DNA of 64,000 nt from Clostridia bacterium (GCA_030637025.1 DAOVVV010000008.1:5802-69801), one strand, 5' to 3'. Shown: positions 9,652 to 19,590, counted from the stretch's first letter. Translations and numbers: made by a program. Notes: generated by a model not told the origin, from the letters alone.

Positions 9652-11083
9652 AGGTTTTTTAAAAATTAAAAAACAAAATAGTCAATACAGGCCAGTCAAA
9701 GAACGAATTGAAGATTTTTGTGAAGTAACAATTTTACCTGATGTTTCCCATTCTCAGGAACAGGCAGCACGTTGTATGGATTGTAGCACTTCCTTTTGTC
9801 ATTGGGGATGTCCGTTGGGAAATTATATTCCGGAATGGAATGACTATGTTTTTAACGGTCATTGGAAAAAGGCATTTGAATTGCTTACGGCTACTAATAA
9901 TTTACCTGAAATTACCGGGAGACTATGTCCTGCTCTTTGTGAATATGCATGTGTTTTGGGATTTAATGACGATGCGGTAACTATAAGAGAGAATGAATTA
10001 GCTGTAGTTGAATATGCTTTTAACACAGGATTAATAAAACCTTCGCTTCCTTTAATGCGAACAGAAAAAAGGGTTGCTGTTGTTGGCTCAGGCCCGGCAG
10101 GATTATCCTGTGCTGTCCAATTAAATCAAGCCGGCCATAAAGTAGTTGTTTTTGAAAAAAACAATAAAATCGGAGGAATTTTACGTTACGGTATTCCTGA
10201 TTTTAAACTGGAAAAAGAAATAATAGACCGGCGACTGGCAATTTATGAAAAAGAGGGAATTGAATTTATCACCGGGGTAAATGTAGGGAATGACTTATCC
10301 GCAGAAAAACTTTTAGCAGAATATGATGCAATATGCCTTGCCGGCGGAAGTTCTGTTCCCCGTGATTTAAAAATCGAAGGCAGGAAAATGGAAGGTATTC
10401 ATTTTGCTATGGATTATTTAGTGCAAGCCAATAAGAAGGTTTCCGGAGAAAAAATTGTTGACGAAAAATTAATTAATGCTAAGGGGAAAAAGGTAGTAGT
10501 TATCGGAGGTGGTGATACCGGTGCTGATTGTGTCGGAACAGCTCATCGGCAGGGTGCAAGGAAGATAGTACAAATTGAGCTTTTACCTAAACCTCCCGAA
10601 TCGCGTAGTCAGGATTTTCCGTGGCCGGTATATCCGGTAATTTTAAAAACTTCTACTTCACATCAGGAAGGTGGAAAACGCTGCTGGTCGGTTTTAACTA
10701 AAAAATTTATAGGAGAAAAAGGGGAAGTAAAAAAAATTATCTGTGTAAAAGTAGAGTTTATTAAAAAAGATGAACATTCTTCTCCGATAATGAAAGAGAT
10801 TCCAGGCAGTGAATTTGAAATAGAAGCGGACTTGATAATTTTAGCAATAGGTTTTATTGGTCCTCAGCAACAGGGATTATTAAAAAAACTCAGCATTGAA
10901 CCGGATAATCGGGGGAATGTAAAAAGCGATGAAAAACAAATGACCTCAAGAAAAGGAATATTTGCTGCCGGTGATATAAGGAGGGGACAATCACTTATTG
11001 TCTGGGCTATATTAGAGGGTAGACGGACCGCTTATTTTATTGATGAGTATCTTATGGGTAAAAGTTGTTTGCCATTTATTTAG
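9638..11083 (+). CDS. gltD: glutamate synthase small subunit, NADPH-dependent
   Basis: Overlaps the gltB end by 14 nt. Two Cys clusters at the N-terminus and two Rossmann GxGxxG motifs (VAVVGSGPAG, VVVIGGGDTG). Confidence 0.9.
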   Translation: MGDPKGFLKIKKQNSQYRPVKERIEDFCEVTILPDVSHSQEQAARCMDCSTSFCHWGCPLGNYIPEWNDYVFNGHWKKAFELLTATNNLPEITGRLCPALCEYACVLGFNDDAVTIRENELAVVEYAFNTGLIKPSLPLMRTEKRVAVVGSGPAGLSCAVQLNQAGHKVVVFEKNNKIGGILRYGIPDFKLEKEIIDRRLAIYEKEGIEFITGVNVGNDLSAEKLLAEYDAICLAGGSSVPRDLKIEGRKMEGIHFAMDYLVQANKKVSGEKIVDEKLINAKGKKVVVIGGGDTGADCVGTAHRQGARKIVQIELLPKPPESRSQDFPWPVYPVILKTSTSHQEGGKRCWSVLTKKFIGEKGEVKKIICVKVEFIKKDEHSSPIMKEIPGSEFEIEADLIILAIGFIGPQQQGLLKKLSIEPDNRGNVKSDEKQMTSRKGIFAAGDIRRGQSLIVWAILEGRRTAYFIDEYLMGKSCLPFI

Positions 11084-11102
11084 TTGTGCTTAAATTGGAT
11101 AT

Positions 11103-11132
11103 TTGACATAAAGATGGAAAATGAAGTATAAT
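11103..11132 (+). promoter_or_regulatory. sigma-70 promoter TTGACA-N18-TATAAT
   Basis: TTGACA at 11103-11108 and TATAAT at 11127-11132. Follows the gltD stop and points into the GIY-YIG unit. Confidence 0.5.
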
Positions 11133-11206
11133 ACAGCGCTGAAAGATAGAAGACACCTAAATCTCTATGGTTACATAGTGCAATTATGGGAAAAAATGGA
11201 TAATTT

Positions 11207-11230
11207 GTCATTCCTGCGAAAGCAGGAATC
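11207..11230. repeat. 24-bp REP-like perfect palindrome gtcattcctgcgaaagcaggaatc (left flank of GIY-YIG ORF)
   Basis: Same palindrome at 317-340, 11542-11565, 16868-16891 and 54038-54061, with variants elsewhere. Confidence 0.7.
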
Positions 11231-11248
11231 TAAAAAAAAAGAATAAAC

Positions 11249-11536
11249 ATGAGAGATTATTATATTTATATATTAGCCAGTAAAAAGAATGGGACATTGT
11301 ATCTTGGAGTTACGAATAATCTTGTAAAAAGAGTATATGAACACAAACAAAACTTTGTAGAAGGATTTACTAAGAAATATAACATTCATAGTTTGGTATA
11401 TTATGAACAGACCAATGATAGCTACAGTGCTATTCAACGCGAAAAAAGGATGAAAAGATGGAAGAGGGAGTGGAAGATAGAATTAATTGAAAGATTTAAT
11501 CCTGGATGGAAAGATTTACATTATGATTTGATATAA
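11249..11536 (+). CDS. small GIY-YIG nuclease family protein (95 aa)
   Basis: YIYILAS...GTLYLGVTNNLVKRVYEH is a GIY-YIG core (YhbQ/UPF0213-like). Flanked within 18 nt and 5 nt by inverted copies of the REP-like palindrome. Confidence 0.7.
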   Translation: MRDYYIYILASKKNGTLYLGVTNNLVKRVYEHKQNFVEGFTKKYNIHSLVYYEQTNDSYSAIQREKRMKRWKREWKIELIERFNPGWKDLHYDLI

Positions 11537-11541
11537 TTATG

Positions 11542-11685
11542 GATTCCTGCTTTCGCAGGAATGACAGAATGGAAAAAGGAATGACAGAATAAGAACAGGA
11601 ATGACCCTCCTTATTCTCCGCCTCAGGCGGATGAGGCGGAACGGAGAGGCACGTAGAATAAGAATAGAATCAGTGCGGAATGATT
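11542..11685. repeat. cluster of repeat modules (REP-like palindrome, ggaatgac repeats, ccgcctcaggcgg palindrome, cagtgcggaatga)
   Basis: Right flank of the GIY-YIG ORF. Its modules are shared with the other repeat loci. Confidence 0.6.
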
Positions 11686-11725
11686 TGCATTTTTGACATT
11701 ACTAATATTTAGAGAAAGGATTGTA

Positions 11726-12802
11726 ATGAAAGCAATAATTGCTCTGGAAGATGGAACTATATTTGAAGGTAGTTCCTTTGGTGCATCCGGTGAAAGGACA
11801 GGAGAAATAGTTTTTAATACCAGTATGATGGGATACCAGGAAATTTTAACCGATCCTTCCTATAAAGGACAAATAGTTGCTATGACTTATCCTTTAATCG
11901 GAAATTACGGAGTAAATAAAGAGGATTATGAATCAATAAGGCCTTTTATGGAGGGATTTGTAGTTAAAGAATGCAGTCAGGTTACCAGTAATTGGCGGGC
12001 ACAAGACAGTTTAATTAATTTCCTTAAAAAGCACAATGTTATGGGAATAGAAGGGATTGATACCCGCGCACTGACTAAACATATACGTGATAAAGGAGCA
12101 ATGAAAGCAGTCATATCTACCGAATGCCTGGATAAGAGTTTTTTAGTGGAAAAAGCAAAAAAATCCCTCTCTTTAATTGGGAGGGATTTAGTAAAAGAAG
12201 TTGCTGCCCAAAAACCTTATGAATGGGAGAAAAAAGGGAAATATAAAGTAGTAGTTATTGATTGTGGAGTGAAATATAATATATTACGGGAATTGGCATT
12301 ACATGACTGTGCGGTAAAAGTTGTTCCGGCTAAAACAAAAGCTGCTGATATATTAAAATTAAAGCCGGATGGATTATTGATTTCTAATGGTCCGGGTGAT
12401 CCGCAGGGGGTTCCCTATGTAATAGAGACAGCAAGGCACTTACTGGATAAATTACCTATTTTTGGAATTTGCCTGGGACACCAAATCTTAAGTTTAGCTA
12501 TGGGTGGAAAAACTTATAAACTTAAATTCGGCCATCGGGGGGGAAATCATCCGGTGAAGGATTTAAAAACTAACAAAATAATTATAACCGTCCAAAATCA
12601 TGGTTTTTGTGTAGATATAGAATCATTGAACAAGGAAGTGGAAATGACCCATATAAATCTTAATGACCGGACTTTAGCCGGAATACGACATAAAAAACTT
12701 CCTGTATTTTCTGTTCAGTTTCATCCGGAAGCTTCTCCCGGTCCGCAGGATGCGCAGTATTTATTTAAGGAATTTATTGATTTAATTTCTTTTTCGGTCT
12801 AA
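11726..12802 (+). CDS. carA: carbamoyl-phosphate synthase small (glutaminase) subunit
   Basis: [11 protein letters not shown] start, a GICLGHQ catalytic Cys and an HPE motif. The ORF-track start at 11693 is probably too far upstream. Confidence 0.9.
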   Translation: MKAIIALEDGTIFEGSSFGASGERTGEIVFNTSMMGYQEILTDPSYKGQIVAMTYPLIGNYGVNKEDYESIRPFMEGFVVKECSQVTSNWRAQDSLINFLKKHNVMGIEGIDTRALTKHIRDKGAMKAVISTECLDKSFLVEKAKKSLSLIGRDLVKEVAAQKPYEWEKKGKYKVVVIDCGVKYNILRELALHDCAVKVVPAKTKAADILKLKPDGLLISNGPGDPQGVPYVIETARHLLDKLPIFGICLGHQILSLAMGGKTYKLKFGHRGGNHPVKDLKTNKIIITVQNHGFCVDIESLNKEVEMTHINLNDRTLAGIRHKKLPVFSVQFHPEASPGPQDAQYLFKEFIDLISFSV

Positions 12803-12886
12803 TTCCCCGCGGCTTGTGGTAGTGTCAAAAATTAGATGAAAGAATGTGAAAGGCTTACGATAAGTAATTAGAAAATAGGAGTATTT

Positions 12887-12965
12887 GTCATTTCCGTGTA
12901 AACGGGAATCCTTGAGTAAATATTAGCAAAAGAATAGATTCCTTCTTTCGCAGGAATGACAGAAT
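12887..12965. repeat. two REP-like palindromes (variant gtcatttccgtgtaaacgggaatc and gattccttctttcgcaggaatgac)
   Basis: Lies between carA and carB. Palindrome family as above. Confidence 0.55.
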
Positions 12966-13122
12966 AAAAAAAGAAAAAGCACTTATTTTAACATAAATGA
13001 AAAATCATAAACTAAATGTCAAAAATATTTGACATTACTTAGCTTGCGGTAGGAAGCTACGAATAAATAAAATAGTTGGGAATGGAATACAAATATAAAC
13101 CTTTACATTAAGGACGATAAAA

Positions 13123-16100
13123 ATGCCTAAAAGAACAGATATAAAAAAGATATTAATTATTGGGTCGGGACCGATTATAATTGGTCAGGCCTGTGAGTTT
13201 GATTATTCCGGAACACAGGCATGCAAAGCATTAAAAGCGGAAGGATACGAAGTTGTTTTAGTCAACAGTAATCCGGCAACGATTATGACCGACCCTGAAA
13301 TGGCTGATCATACTTATGTTGAAGCAATAGTTCCTGAAATGATAGAAAAAATTATTGCCCAAGAAAAACCGGATGCCGTACTGCCTACATTGGGGGGACA
13401 AACAGCACTTAATGTGGCAATAAAATTAGAAGAAAAAGGTGTTTTTAAAAAATATAACGTAGAAATGATTGGAGCAAATTGTGAGGTAATTAAAAAGGCG
13501 GAAGACAGAAAATTATTTAAAAAAGCAATGGAAAAAATTGGTATGGATTTACCGAAAAGCGGACCGGCGTATAGTTTAAACGAAGCTGAAGAAGTAGCGG
13601 TAAAGATAGGTTTTCCGGTGATTATTCGTCCCAGTTTTACCATGGGGGGAACCGGTGGAGGGGTGGCATATAATATTGAAGAATTCAAAGAAATGGCAAT
13701 TAAAGCTTTAGATAGTAGTTTAATTAATGAGATATTGATAGAAGAGTCAGTAATTGGTTGGAAAGAATTTGAATTAGAAGTAATGAGGGATAGAAAAGAT
13801 AATGTAATTATTGTTTGTTCTATAGAAAATTTAGACCCTATGGGAGTTCATACCGGGGACAGTATTACTGTTGCCCCTATCCAAACTCTCACCGATAAAG
13901 AATATCAACAGATGCGTAATGCGGCGATAAAAATAATCAGGGAAATCGGGGTGGAGACAGGGGGGTCTAATGTACAGTTTGCGGTTAATCCGGAAGACGG
14001 AAAAATGGTAGTGATTGAAATGAACCCGCGTGTATCACGTAGTTCCGCTCTAGCTTCTAAAGCAACCGGTTTTCCCATAGCTAAAATAGCAGCTAAATTA
14101 GCCGTAGGATATACTCTGGATGAAATACCTAACGACATTACCCAAAAAACGCCTGCTTGTTTTGAACCGACTATCGATTACTGTGTAGTTAAAATTCCCC
14201 GTTTCAATTTTGAAAAATTTCCTTCCGCGAGTAAAATATTAACTACTTCTATGAAAGCAGTAGGCGAGGTTATGGCTATCGGAAGGACATTTAAAGAAGC
14301 ATTGCAAAAGGCTTTGCGTTCTATGGAAACAGGAAGTTATGGATTAGATAAAAAGTTCAACTCTTTAACCAGGGAAAAAATATCGGAGAAATTGGGAATT
14401 CCTTCCACGGATAGAATTTTTTATATAAAAAGTGCGTTGGATGAAGGTTTTAGTATAGAAGAAATTTACGATTTGTCGAAAATAGATAAATGGTTTTTAT
14501 ATAATATTAAACAAATTGCCGATTTGGAAGAAGAAATTATTAATTATTCCAATCAGGATAAGTTCCCTCTTGATTTATTAATAAAAGCAAAAAAATATGG
14601 TTTTTCCGATAGACAATTAGCCTTTCTTTTAAAAAAAGATGAAAGTTATATCCGCAACTTACGCAAAGAAAAAAATATTTTTCCTACATTCAGACAGGTG
14701 GATACCTGTGGGGCGGAATTTGAAGCGTATACACCATATTATTATTCTACTTACAATGCAAAAGCTGAGGATAAAGTTTCGGTTTCCTTAAATAAAAAAG
14801 TGATGATTTTAGGTGGTGGTCCGAATAGAATCGGGCAGGGTATAGAATTTGATTACACCTGTGTGCATGCGGCTTTTGCTCTGGGTGATGAAAAATATGA
14901 GTCAATTATGGTCAATTGTAACCCTGAAACAGTATCCACTGATTATGACACTTCCGATAGACTTTATTTTGAGCCGCTGACCGTTGAAGATGTTCTGGCA
15001 ATTTATGAGAAAGAAAAGCCGGAAGGGGTGATTGTTCAGTTTGGCGGGCAGACTCCCTTGAATATTGCTAAGGAATTAGAAAATAACGGAGTGAAAATTT
15101 TGGGCACATCACCGGAGAGCATTCATTTAGCCGAAGATAGAGAACATTTTTGTAAAAAAATGATTGTTCTTGGTGTTCCCCAACCGGAAAGCGGCATAGC
15201 CCGTTCATTGGAAGAAGCTGTTACTATTGCCGGAAAAATAGACTATCCCCTAATGGTAAGGCCTTCTTTTGTATTAGGCGGTCGAGGTATGGAGATTATT
15301 TATGATGAAACTATGCTGCTAAAGTATGCCCGGGAAGCGATTAAGGTTAGCCCGGAATATCCGATGCTTATTGACCGATTTCTTGAACAGGCCATTGAAA
15401 TAGAAGTTGATGCTCTTTCCGATGGAGAGAATACATTTGTTGCTGCCATTATGGAGCACATAGAGTTGGCCGGTGTTCATTCAGGAGATTCTGCCTGTGC
15501 TATTCCCACCAGAACGATTAAAGAAAAGTGTTTAAGGACAATAGAAAAATATACAGTTCAAATTGCAAAAGAATTGAAGGTTGTGGGTTTAATGAATATC
15601 CAATATGCTATCTGTGATGATAAGGTCTATATTCTTGAAGCAAATCCCAGAGCTTCGCGTACAGTTCCTTTTGTTTCCAAAGTTACGGGAATTCCTATAG
15701 CCCGTATAGCAACTCAGGTCATGTTAGGTAAAAAAATTAAAGATTTACCTGGGTTAAAAAAACATAAACTTCCTTATGTAGGAGTAAAAGAAGCGGTTTT
15801 TTCTTTTAATATGTTCCCCGAGGTGGATCCGCTGTTAGGGCCGGAAATGAGGGCTACCGGGGAGGTGATGGGAATTGCTGAAACCTTTGGACTTGCTTTC
15901 TATAAAGCACAAGAAGCTGCAGGCACTAAACTTCCCCTGGAAGGAAATGTTCTTTTAACCGTAGCCGATAAAGATAAAAAGGGTTTGGTTTCCATTGCCC
16001 GACAGCTTAAGAAAATGGGGTTTAATATTTATGCTACAGGAGGTACCAGCTGTTTCTTAAAAGAAAAAGGTATAGAGAATATAACGGTAAAGAAATTACA

Positions 16101-16344
16101 TGAAGGCAAACCCAATATCACCGATGCGATTAAAAACAAAAAAATCAATCTTATAATAAATACACCTATTGGCCGCAGCAGCAAATACGATGATAGTTTT
16201 ATTCGTATAAAAGCGATACAATATAAAATTCCTTATATTACTTCATTAATGGCTGCTCAAGCTAGTGTTGAAGGTGTTCAAGCTGTAACTAAAGCCAAAA
16301 ATTCACCTAAGTCCCTGCAAAATTATTACACGAAACTTATTTAA
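13123..16344 (+). CDS. carB: carbamoyl-phosphate synthase large subunit (1073 aa)
   Basis: Duplicated ATP-grasp halves, oligomerisation domain and MGS-like C-terminal domain. Confidence 0.95.
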   Translation: MPKRTDIKKILIIGSGPIIIGQACEFDYSGTQACKALKAEGYEVVLVNSNPATIMTDPEMADHTYVEAIVPEMIEKIIAQEKPDAVLPTLGGQTALNVAIKLEEKGVFKKYNVEMIGANCEVIKKAEDRKLFKKAMEKIGMDLPKSGPAYSLNEAEEVAVKIGFPVIIRPSFTMGGTGGGVAYNIEEFKEMAIKALDSSLINEILIEESVIGWKEFELEVMRDRKDNVIIVCSIENLDPMGVHTGDSITVAPIQTLTDKEYQQMRNAAIKIIREIGVETGGSNVQFAVNPEDGKMVVIEMNPRVSRSSALASKATGFPIAKIAAKLAVGYTLDEIPNDITQKTPACFEPTIDYCVVKIPRFNFEKFPSASKILTTSMKAVGEVMAIGRTFKEALQKALRSMETGSYGLDKKFNSLTREKISEKLGIPSTDRIFYIKSALDEGFSIEEIYDLSKIDKWFLYNIKQIADLEEEIINYSNQDKFPLDLLIKAKKYGFSDRQLAFLLKKDESYIRNLRKEKNIFPTFRQVDTCGAEFEAYTPYYYSTYNAKAEDKVSVSLNKKVMILGGGPNRIGQGIEFDYTCVHAAFALGDEKYESIMVNCNPETVSTDYDTSDRLYFEPLTVEDVLAIYEKEKPEGVIVQFGGQTPLNIAKELENNGVKILGTSPESIHLAEDREHFCKKMIVLGVPQPESGIARSLEEAVTIAGKIDYPLMVRPSFVLGGRGMEIIYDETMLLKYAREAIKVSPEYPMLIDRFLEQAIEIEVDALSDGENTFVAAIMEHIELAGVHSGDSACAIPTRTIKEKCLRTIEKYTVQIAKELKVVGLMNIQYAICDDKVYILEANPRASRTVPFVSKVTGIPIARIATQVMLGKKIKDLPGLKKHKLPYVGVKEAVFSFNMFPEVDPLLGPEMRATGEVMGIAETFGLAFYKAQEAAGTKLPLEGNVLLTVADKDKKGLVSIARQLKKMGFNIYATGGTSCFLKEKGIENITVKKLHEGKPNITDAIKNKKINLIINTPIGRSSKYDDSFIRIKAIQYKIPYITSLMAAQASVEGVQAVTKAKNSPKSLQNYYTKLI

Positions 16345-16374
16345 AAAAAATCATAACTTACTCATATTTATATG

Positions 16375-16525
16375 TGGTAGCCGCAACCTTTAGGTTGCGT
16401 TATCGCCGGAGATTTTCCGCAGGCTACTTGTTCGCTCCGCCTCAGGCGGATTTGGAGGAAAGCCTGTGACTACCAAAAAGGGAGTTATGACACAGTCTGT
16501 TTGCAAGAATGACGCAGCAAGCTGC
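16375..16525. repeat. palindromic element copy carrying a nested insertion of the ccgcctcaggcgg module (16427-16460) inside its second hairpin, plus a 3' REP-like tail
   Basis: The consensus aggctaaagcct hairpin is split as aggcta[34-nt insert]agcct. The ends tggtagccgc / gtgactacca are retained. Confidence 0.6.
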
Positions 16526-16649
16526 AGATAATTAGACCCAAAGAGAAATTATTAAATTTCATTAAGTATAATTTAGCAGGCTTACAGTCTGCCATTATGT
16601 TTGGTGGAAAGATGAAAATATTGCAAGAGAAATTTGGGTGATTAAAAGC

Positions 16650-16678
16650 TTGACAATGTTACATTTAATATTTATACT
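16650..16678 (+). promoter_or_regulatory. sigma-70 promoter TTGACA-N17-TATACT
   Basis: TTGACA at 16650-16655 and TATACT at 16673-16678. About 280 nt upstream of the 16956 gene. Confidence 0.45.
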
Positions 16679-16744
16679 AAGACATATTTTGAAGAATAAA
16701 ATGGCACAATGATGTGCATTATAAGGACAAAGGGGTCCGATATT

Positions 16745-16767
16745 AAAGGGGCACCTTTTATTTTTTT
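16745..16767 (+). terminator. short hairpin (aaagg-ggca-ccttt) plus U-tract, a possible attenuator in the leader
   Basis: 5-bp stem, 4-nt loop, then tattttttt. Preceded by a 22-codon mini-ORF (ATGATGTGC...). Confidence 0.25.
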
Positions 16768-16783
16768 AAAGGTGTGAAGTTAA

Positions 16784-16924
16784 AGAGTTCTGCAAAATAC
16801 AATATTCTGTCATTTCGCTCTGCCTGAGGCAGATGATGCGGAATCTATAATGTTTTTAAATATCAATAGATTCCTGTTTTCGCAGGAATGACAAAAAAGA
16901 TAAAAAGCTATTTTGCAGAAGTCT
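16784..16924 (+). mobile_element. MITE-like composite repeat copy (TIRs agagttctgc / gcagaagtct)
   Basis: Same modules as 254-396. Its 3' end lies 31 nt before the 16956 ATG. Confidence 0.6.
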
Positions 16925-16955
16925 ATGTGAAGTTATTAAAAGGAGGAAAGGAAAA

Positions 16956-18545
16956 ATGAATTTACAACAACCAAATGCAAATGAAGCAATACAGACCTCA
17001 AACCGGTCAAGAAATGTTTCTCCGGTATCGGGACTTTGTACCCGTTGTATTGACGGATGTCGTGGTAACTGCGATGTTTTTAAAGCAACATTTAGAGGAC
17101 GGGAAGTAATTTATCCGGGACCTTTCGGAGATATTACTGCAGGAGGAGATAAAGAGTATCCTATAGATTATTCACATCTTAATATTTTAGGATATGCAAT
17201 GGGTGCGAAGGGACTTCCCGAAGGAGTCGAAGCCGGACCGGATACGGCAACTTTTCCGGCTGTAAAAACTGAAACCGAATATGGTTGGGACAAGAAAGTA
17301 AAACTGAAAGTACCTATTTTTACCGGGGCATTAGGTTCTACGGAAATTGCCCGCAAAAATTGGGAACATTTTGCCATTGGGGCCGCAATTTCCGGGGTAA
17401 CCCTGGTTTGCGGAGAAAATGTCTGTGGAATTGATCCAAAACTCGAGTTAGATGCTAAAGGTAAAGTTAAAAATGCTCCTGATATGGATCGTAGAATCGA
17501 AACTTACAGAAGATTTCACGGCGGCTATGGTGAAATATTAGTTCAAATGAATGTAGAAGATACCCGTCTGGGTGTTGCCGAATATGTGTTAAATAAACAT
17601 AAATTGGAGACGATTGAGCTGAAATGGGGACAAGGGGCAAAATGTATCGGTGGAGAAATTAAAGTAAAAAGTATTGAAAGGGCATTGGAACTCAAAAAAC
17701 GCGGGTATATTGTTACGCCGGATCCAACAGTTCATTCAGTGAAAGAAGCATATAAAGTTGGAGAAATTAAGGAATTTGAACGGCATTCCCGTCTTGGATT
17801 TGTTTCCGAAGAAGGTTTTTTGGCTGAGGTAGAACGTTTAAGAAAAATTGGTTTTAAACGTGTTACTTTAAAAACAGGTGCTTATCCAATGAGAGAACTG
17901 GCCATGGCGATTAAATACTGTTCAATTGCTAATATTGACCTCTTAACCATTGATGGTGCTCCGGGTGGAACAGGAATGAGCCCCTGGAGAATGATGCAGG
18001 AATGGGGTATTCCCACATTCTATTTACAGTCGATGACCCAGGAGATTTGTGAGAAGTTAACTAAAAAAGGAATGCGTGTTCCTGATATTGCTATCGCCGG
18101 TGGTTTTTCTACTGAAGATCATGTATTTAAGGTGCTTGCTATGGGTGCGCCTTATACAAAAGCTGTTTGTATGGGTAGAGCACTAATGATTCCCGGAATG
18201 GTAGGTAAAAATATTGGCCAATGGATGAAAGAAAACAACTTACCCAAAACAGTTTCTCAATATGGAAAGACAGCAGAAGAAATCTTTGTTTGTTATGAAG
18301 AGCTGGTTGATGAATATGGGAAAGACATGAAAGATATTCCATTAGGTGCTATTGGTATTTATTGCTTTTCACAGAAAATAAAAGTAGGGCTACAGCAATT
18401 AATGGCTGGTACCCGAAATTTTAAACTTTCAACTATTACCAGAAAAGATGTTACCGCTCTTACTCAGGAAGCAGCTAAAGTATCGGGAATACCTTATGTG
18501 ATGGACGCTTATCGTCAGGAAGCAGAGGCTATTCTGGAAGGTTAA
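16956..18545 (+). CDS. glutamate synthase FMN-binding domain-2-like protein (archaeal-type standalone GltB subunit) with N-terminal 4Fe-4S Cys cluster
   Basis: N-terminal Cys-rich CTRCIDGCRGNC motif, GltS FMN-domain signature and a glycine-rich FMN/phosphate loop. Confidence 0.7.
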   Translation: MNLQQPNANEAIQTSNRSRNVSPVSGLCTRCIDGCRGNCDVFKATFRGREVIYPGPFGDITAGGDKEYPIDYSHLNILGYAMGAKGLPEGVEAGPDTATFPAVKTETEYGWDKKVKLKVPIFTGALGSTEIARKNWEHFAIGAAISGVTLVCGENVCGIDPKLELDAKGKVKNAPDMDRRIETYRRFHGGYGEILVQMNVEDTRLGVAEYVLNKHKLETIELKWGQGAKCIGGEIKVKSIERALELKKRGYIVTPDPTVHSVKEAYKVGEIKEFERHSRLGFVSEEGFLAEVERLRKIGFKRVTLKTGAYPMRELAMAIKYCSIANIDLLTIDGAPGGTGMSPWRMMQEWGIPTFYLQSMTQEICEKLTKKGMRVPDIAIAGGFSTEDHVFKVLAMGAPYTKAVCMGRALMIPGMVGKNIGQWMKENNLPKTVSQYGKTAEEIFVCYEELVDEYGKDMKDIPLGAIGIYCFSQKIKVGLQQLMAGTRNFKLSTITRKDVTALTQEAAKVSGIPYVMDAYRQEAEAILEG

Positions 18546-18585
18546 TTTTTGGAGAAAAAACCTGAAATTGAAACTTTAATTTAAT

Positions 18586-18616
18586 CGGGGTAACTGGATA
18601 GTATTCGGTTACCCCG
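18586..18616. terminator. 9-bp stem hairpin cggggtaac / gttaccccg after the 16956-18545 gene
   Basis: Inverted repeat 40 nt after the stop codon. No U-tract. Confidence 0.25.
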
Positions 18617-18746
18617 GTAATATGTATATTAAGATAGTAGACATTGATTTGTTTCCTCTGGTTGCCATTGTTTGTTTCTGACCGTTATTTATTAAATATT
18701 TTCACCTAAAATATAATCAATTCTTAGCAAGCAAAGGAGAAAACTT

Positions 18747-19460
18747 ATGAATTTGTTATTGTTTTTAGTTACTCTTATTGTATCTTTTATTGTGATAAAA
18801 ATAGGTGCTATTGCTTTTCAATTGACCGGGTTAGAATGGTCTTTAGCTCAATTTCAAGCTTTATCCTGCTTTACCGGAACCGGTTTTACTACCAAGGAAT
18901 CAGAACTAATTACCGGTAATCTTCAAAGAAGACGCATTGCTTCTGTTCTTATTATTTTGGGTTATGCCGGATTAGTTACCATAATTGTCACTTTTGCTAA
19001 TTCTTTAAGGCCGTCTCCTACCTTTGATGTTCCTTTTTTATCCTCATTTTTTTCGCCGGGGGTGTTACCATGGATAAATTTCGTTATCATCATTATCTCT
19101 GTATATATTATTTATAAAATCGCTACTTACGCTAAATTTACTAAACGATTAACCGATATTTTAAGAGCGCGTATGGTAAAAAAAGAAATTATTAAAGCGG
19201 TATCCTTTGAAGAATTAATGGTTGCTACAGGTGGTTACGGAGTATCCAGCATAGAAATTTGTAAGGGCAGTCCTATATTAAATAAAACTATGATTGAAGC
19301 GGCCTTAAGAAAACAGGATATTACAATTTTGGCCATAGAGAGAGCAGGGGAAATAATTCCTAATCCTTCTGCAAAAATTAAATTTCTTTTAGGTGATAAA
19401 CTGGTGTGTTTCGGAAAGTTAGAAAATATTAGAACTAAGCTGTGTTTAATCCCTGAATAA
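18747..19460 (+). CDS. 2-TM pore-loop cation-channel-like protein with C-terminal TrkA-C (RCK_C) domain and an atypical TGTGF filter
   Basis: TM1, then a pore-helix-like WSLAQFQALSCFTGTGFTT, then TM2, then a RCK_C-like domain (GSPILNKTMIEAALRKQDITILAIERAG). Confidence 0.45.
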   Translation: MNLLLFLVTLIVSFIVIKIGAIAFQLTGLEWSLAQFQALSCFTGTGFTTKESELITGNLQRRRIASVLIILGYAGLVTIIVTFANSLRPSPTFDVPFLSSFFSPGVLPWINFVIIIISVYIIYKIATYAKFTKRLTDILRARMVKKEIIKAVSFEELMVATGGYGVSSIEICKGSPILNKTMIEAALRKQDITILAIERAGEIIPNPSAKIKFLLGDKLVCFGKLENIRTKLCLIPE

Positions 19461-19511
19461 ATTTCAAAAAACAATTAACCTCCCCACAAAAAGCTATGGG
19501 GTATCAATCAA

Positions 19512-19590
19512 TGTCACTCCTGCGAAAACAGGAGTCTATCCCTGTAGATTCCCTCCTTCGCGGGAATGACGCAGCAAGCTGTGGGAAATT
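19512..19590. repeat. REP-like palindrome variants (gtcactcctgcgaaaacaggagtc; gattccctccttcgcgggaatgacgcagcaagctgtgg)
   Basis: The shared tail gaatgacgcagcaagctg also occurs at 16505-16522. Confidence 0.55.

Noticed and set aside
9741-9980. 79-aa ORF in the + strand inside gltD, and the other 60-157-aa ORFs nested in or antisense to large genes (e.g. 13314-13688, 43592-44056, 57968-58441, 62837-63421)
   Set aside because: They lie fully inside well-supported genes in other frames and have low-complexity or compositionally odd translations. They have no RBS. Judged spurious.
16703-16720. Second sigma-54-like motif TGGCACaatgatgTGCA
   Set aside because: The GG-to-GC distance is 13 nt, not the invariant 12. 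It lies just downstream of a good sigma-70 promoter. Likely chance.
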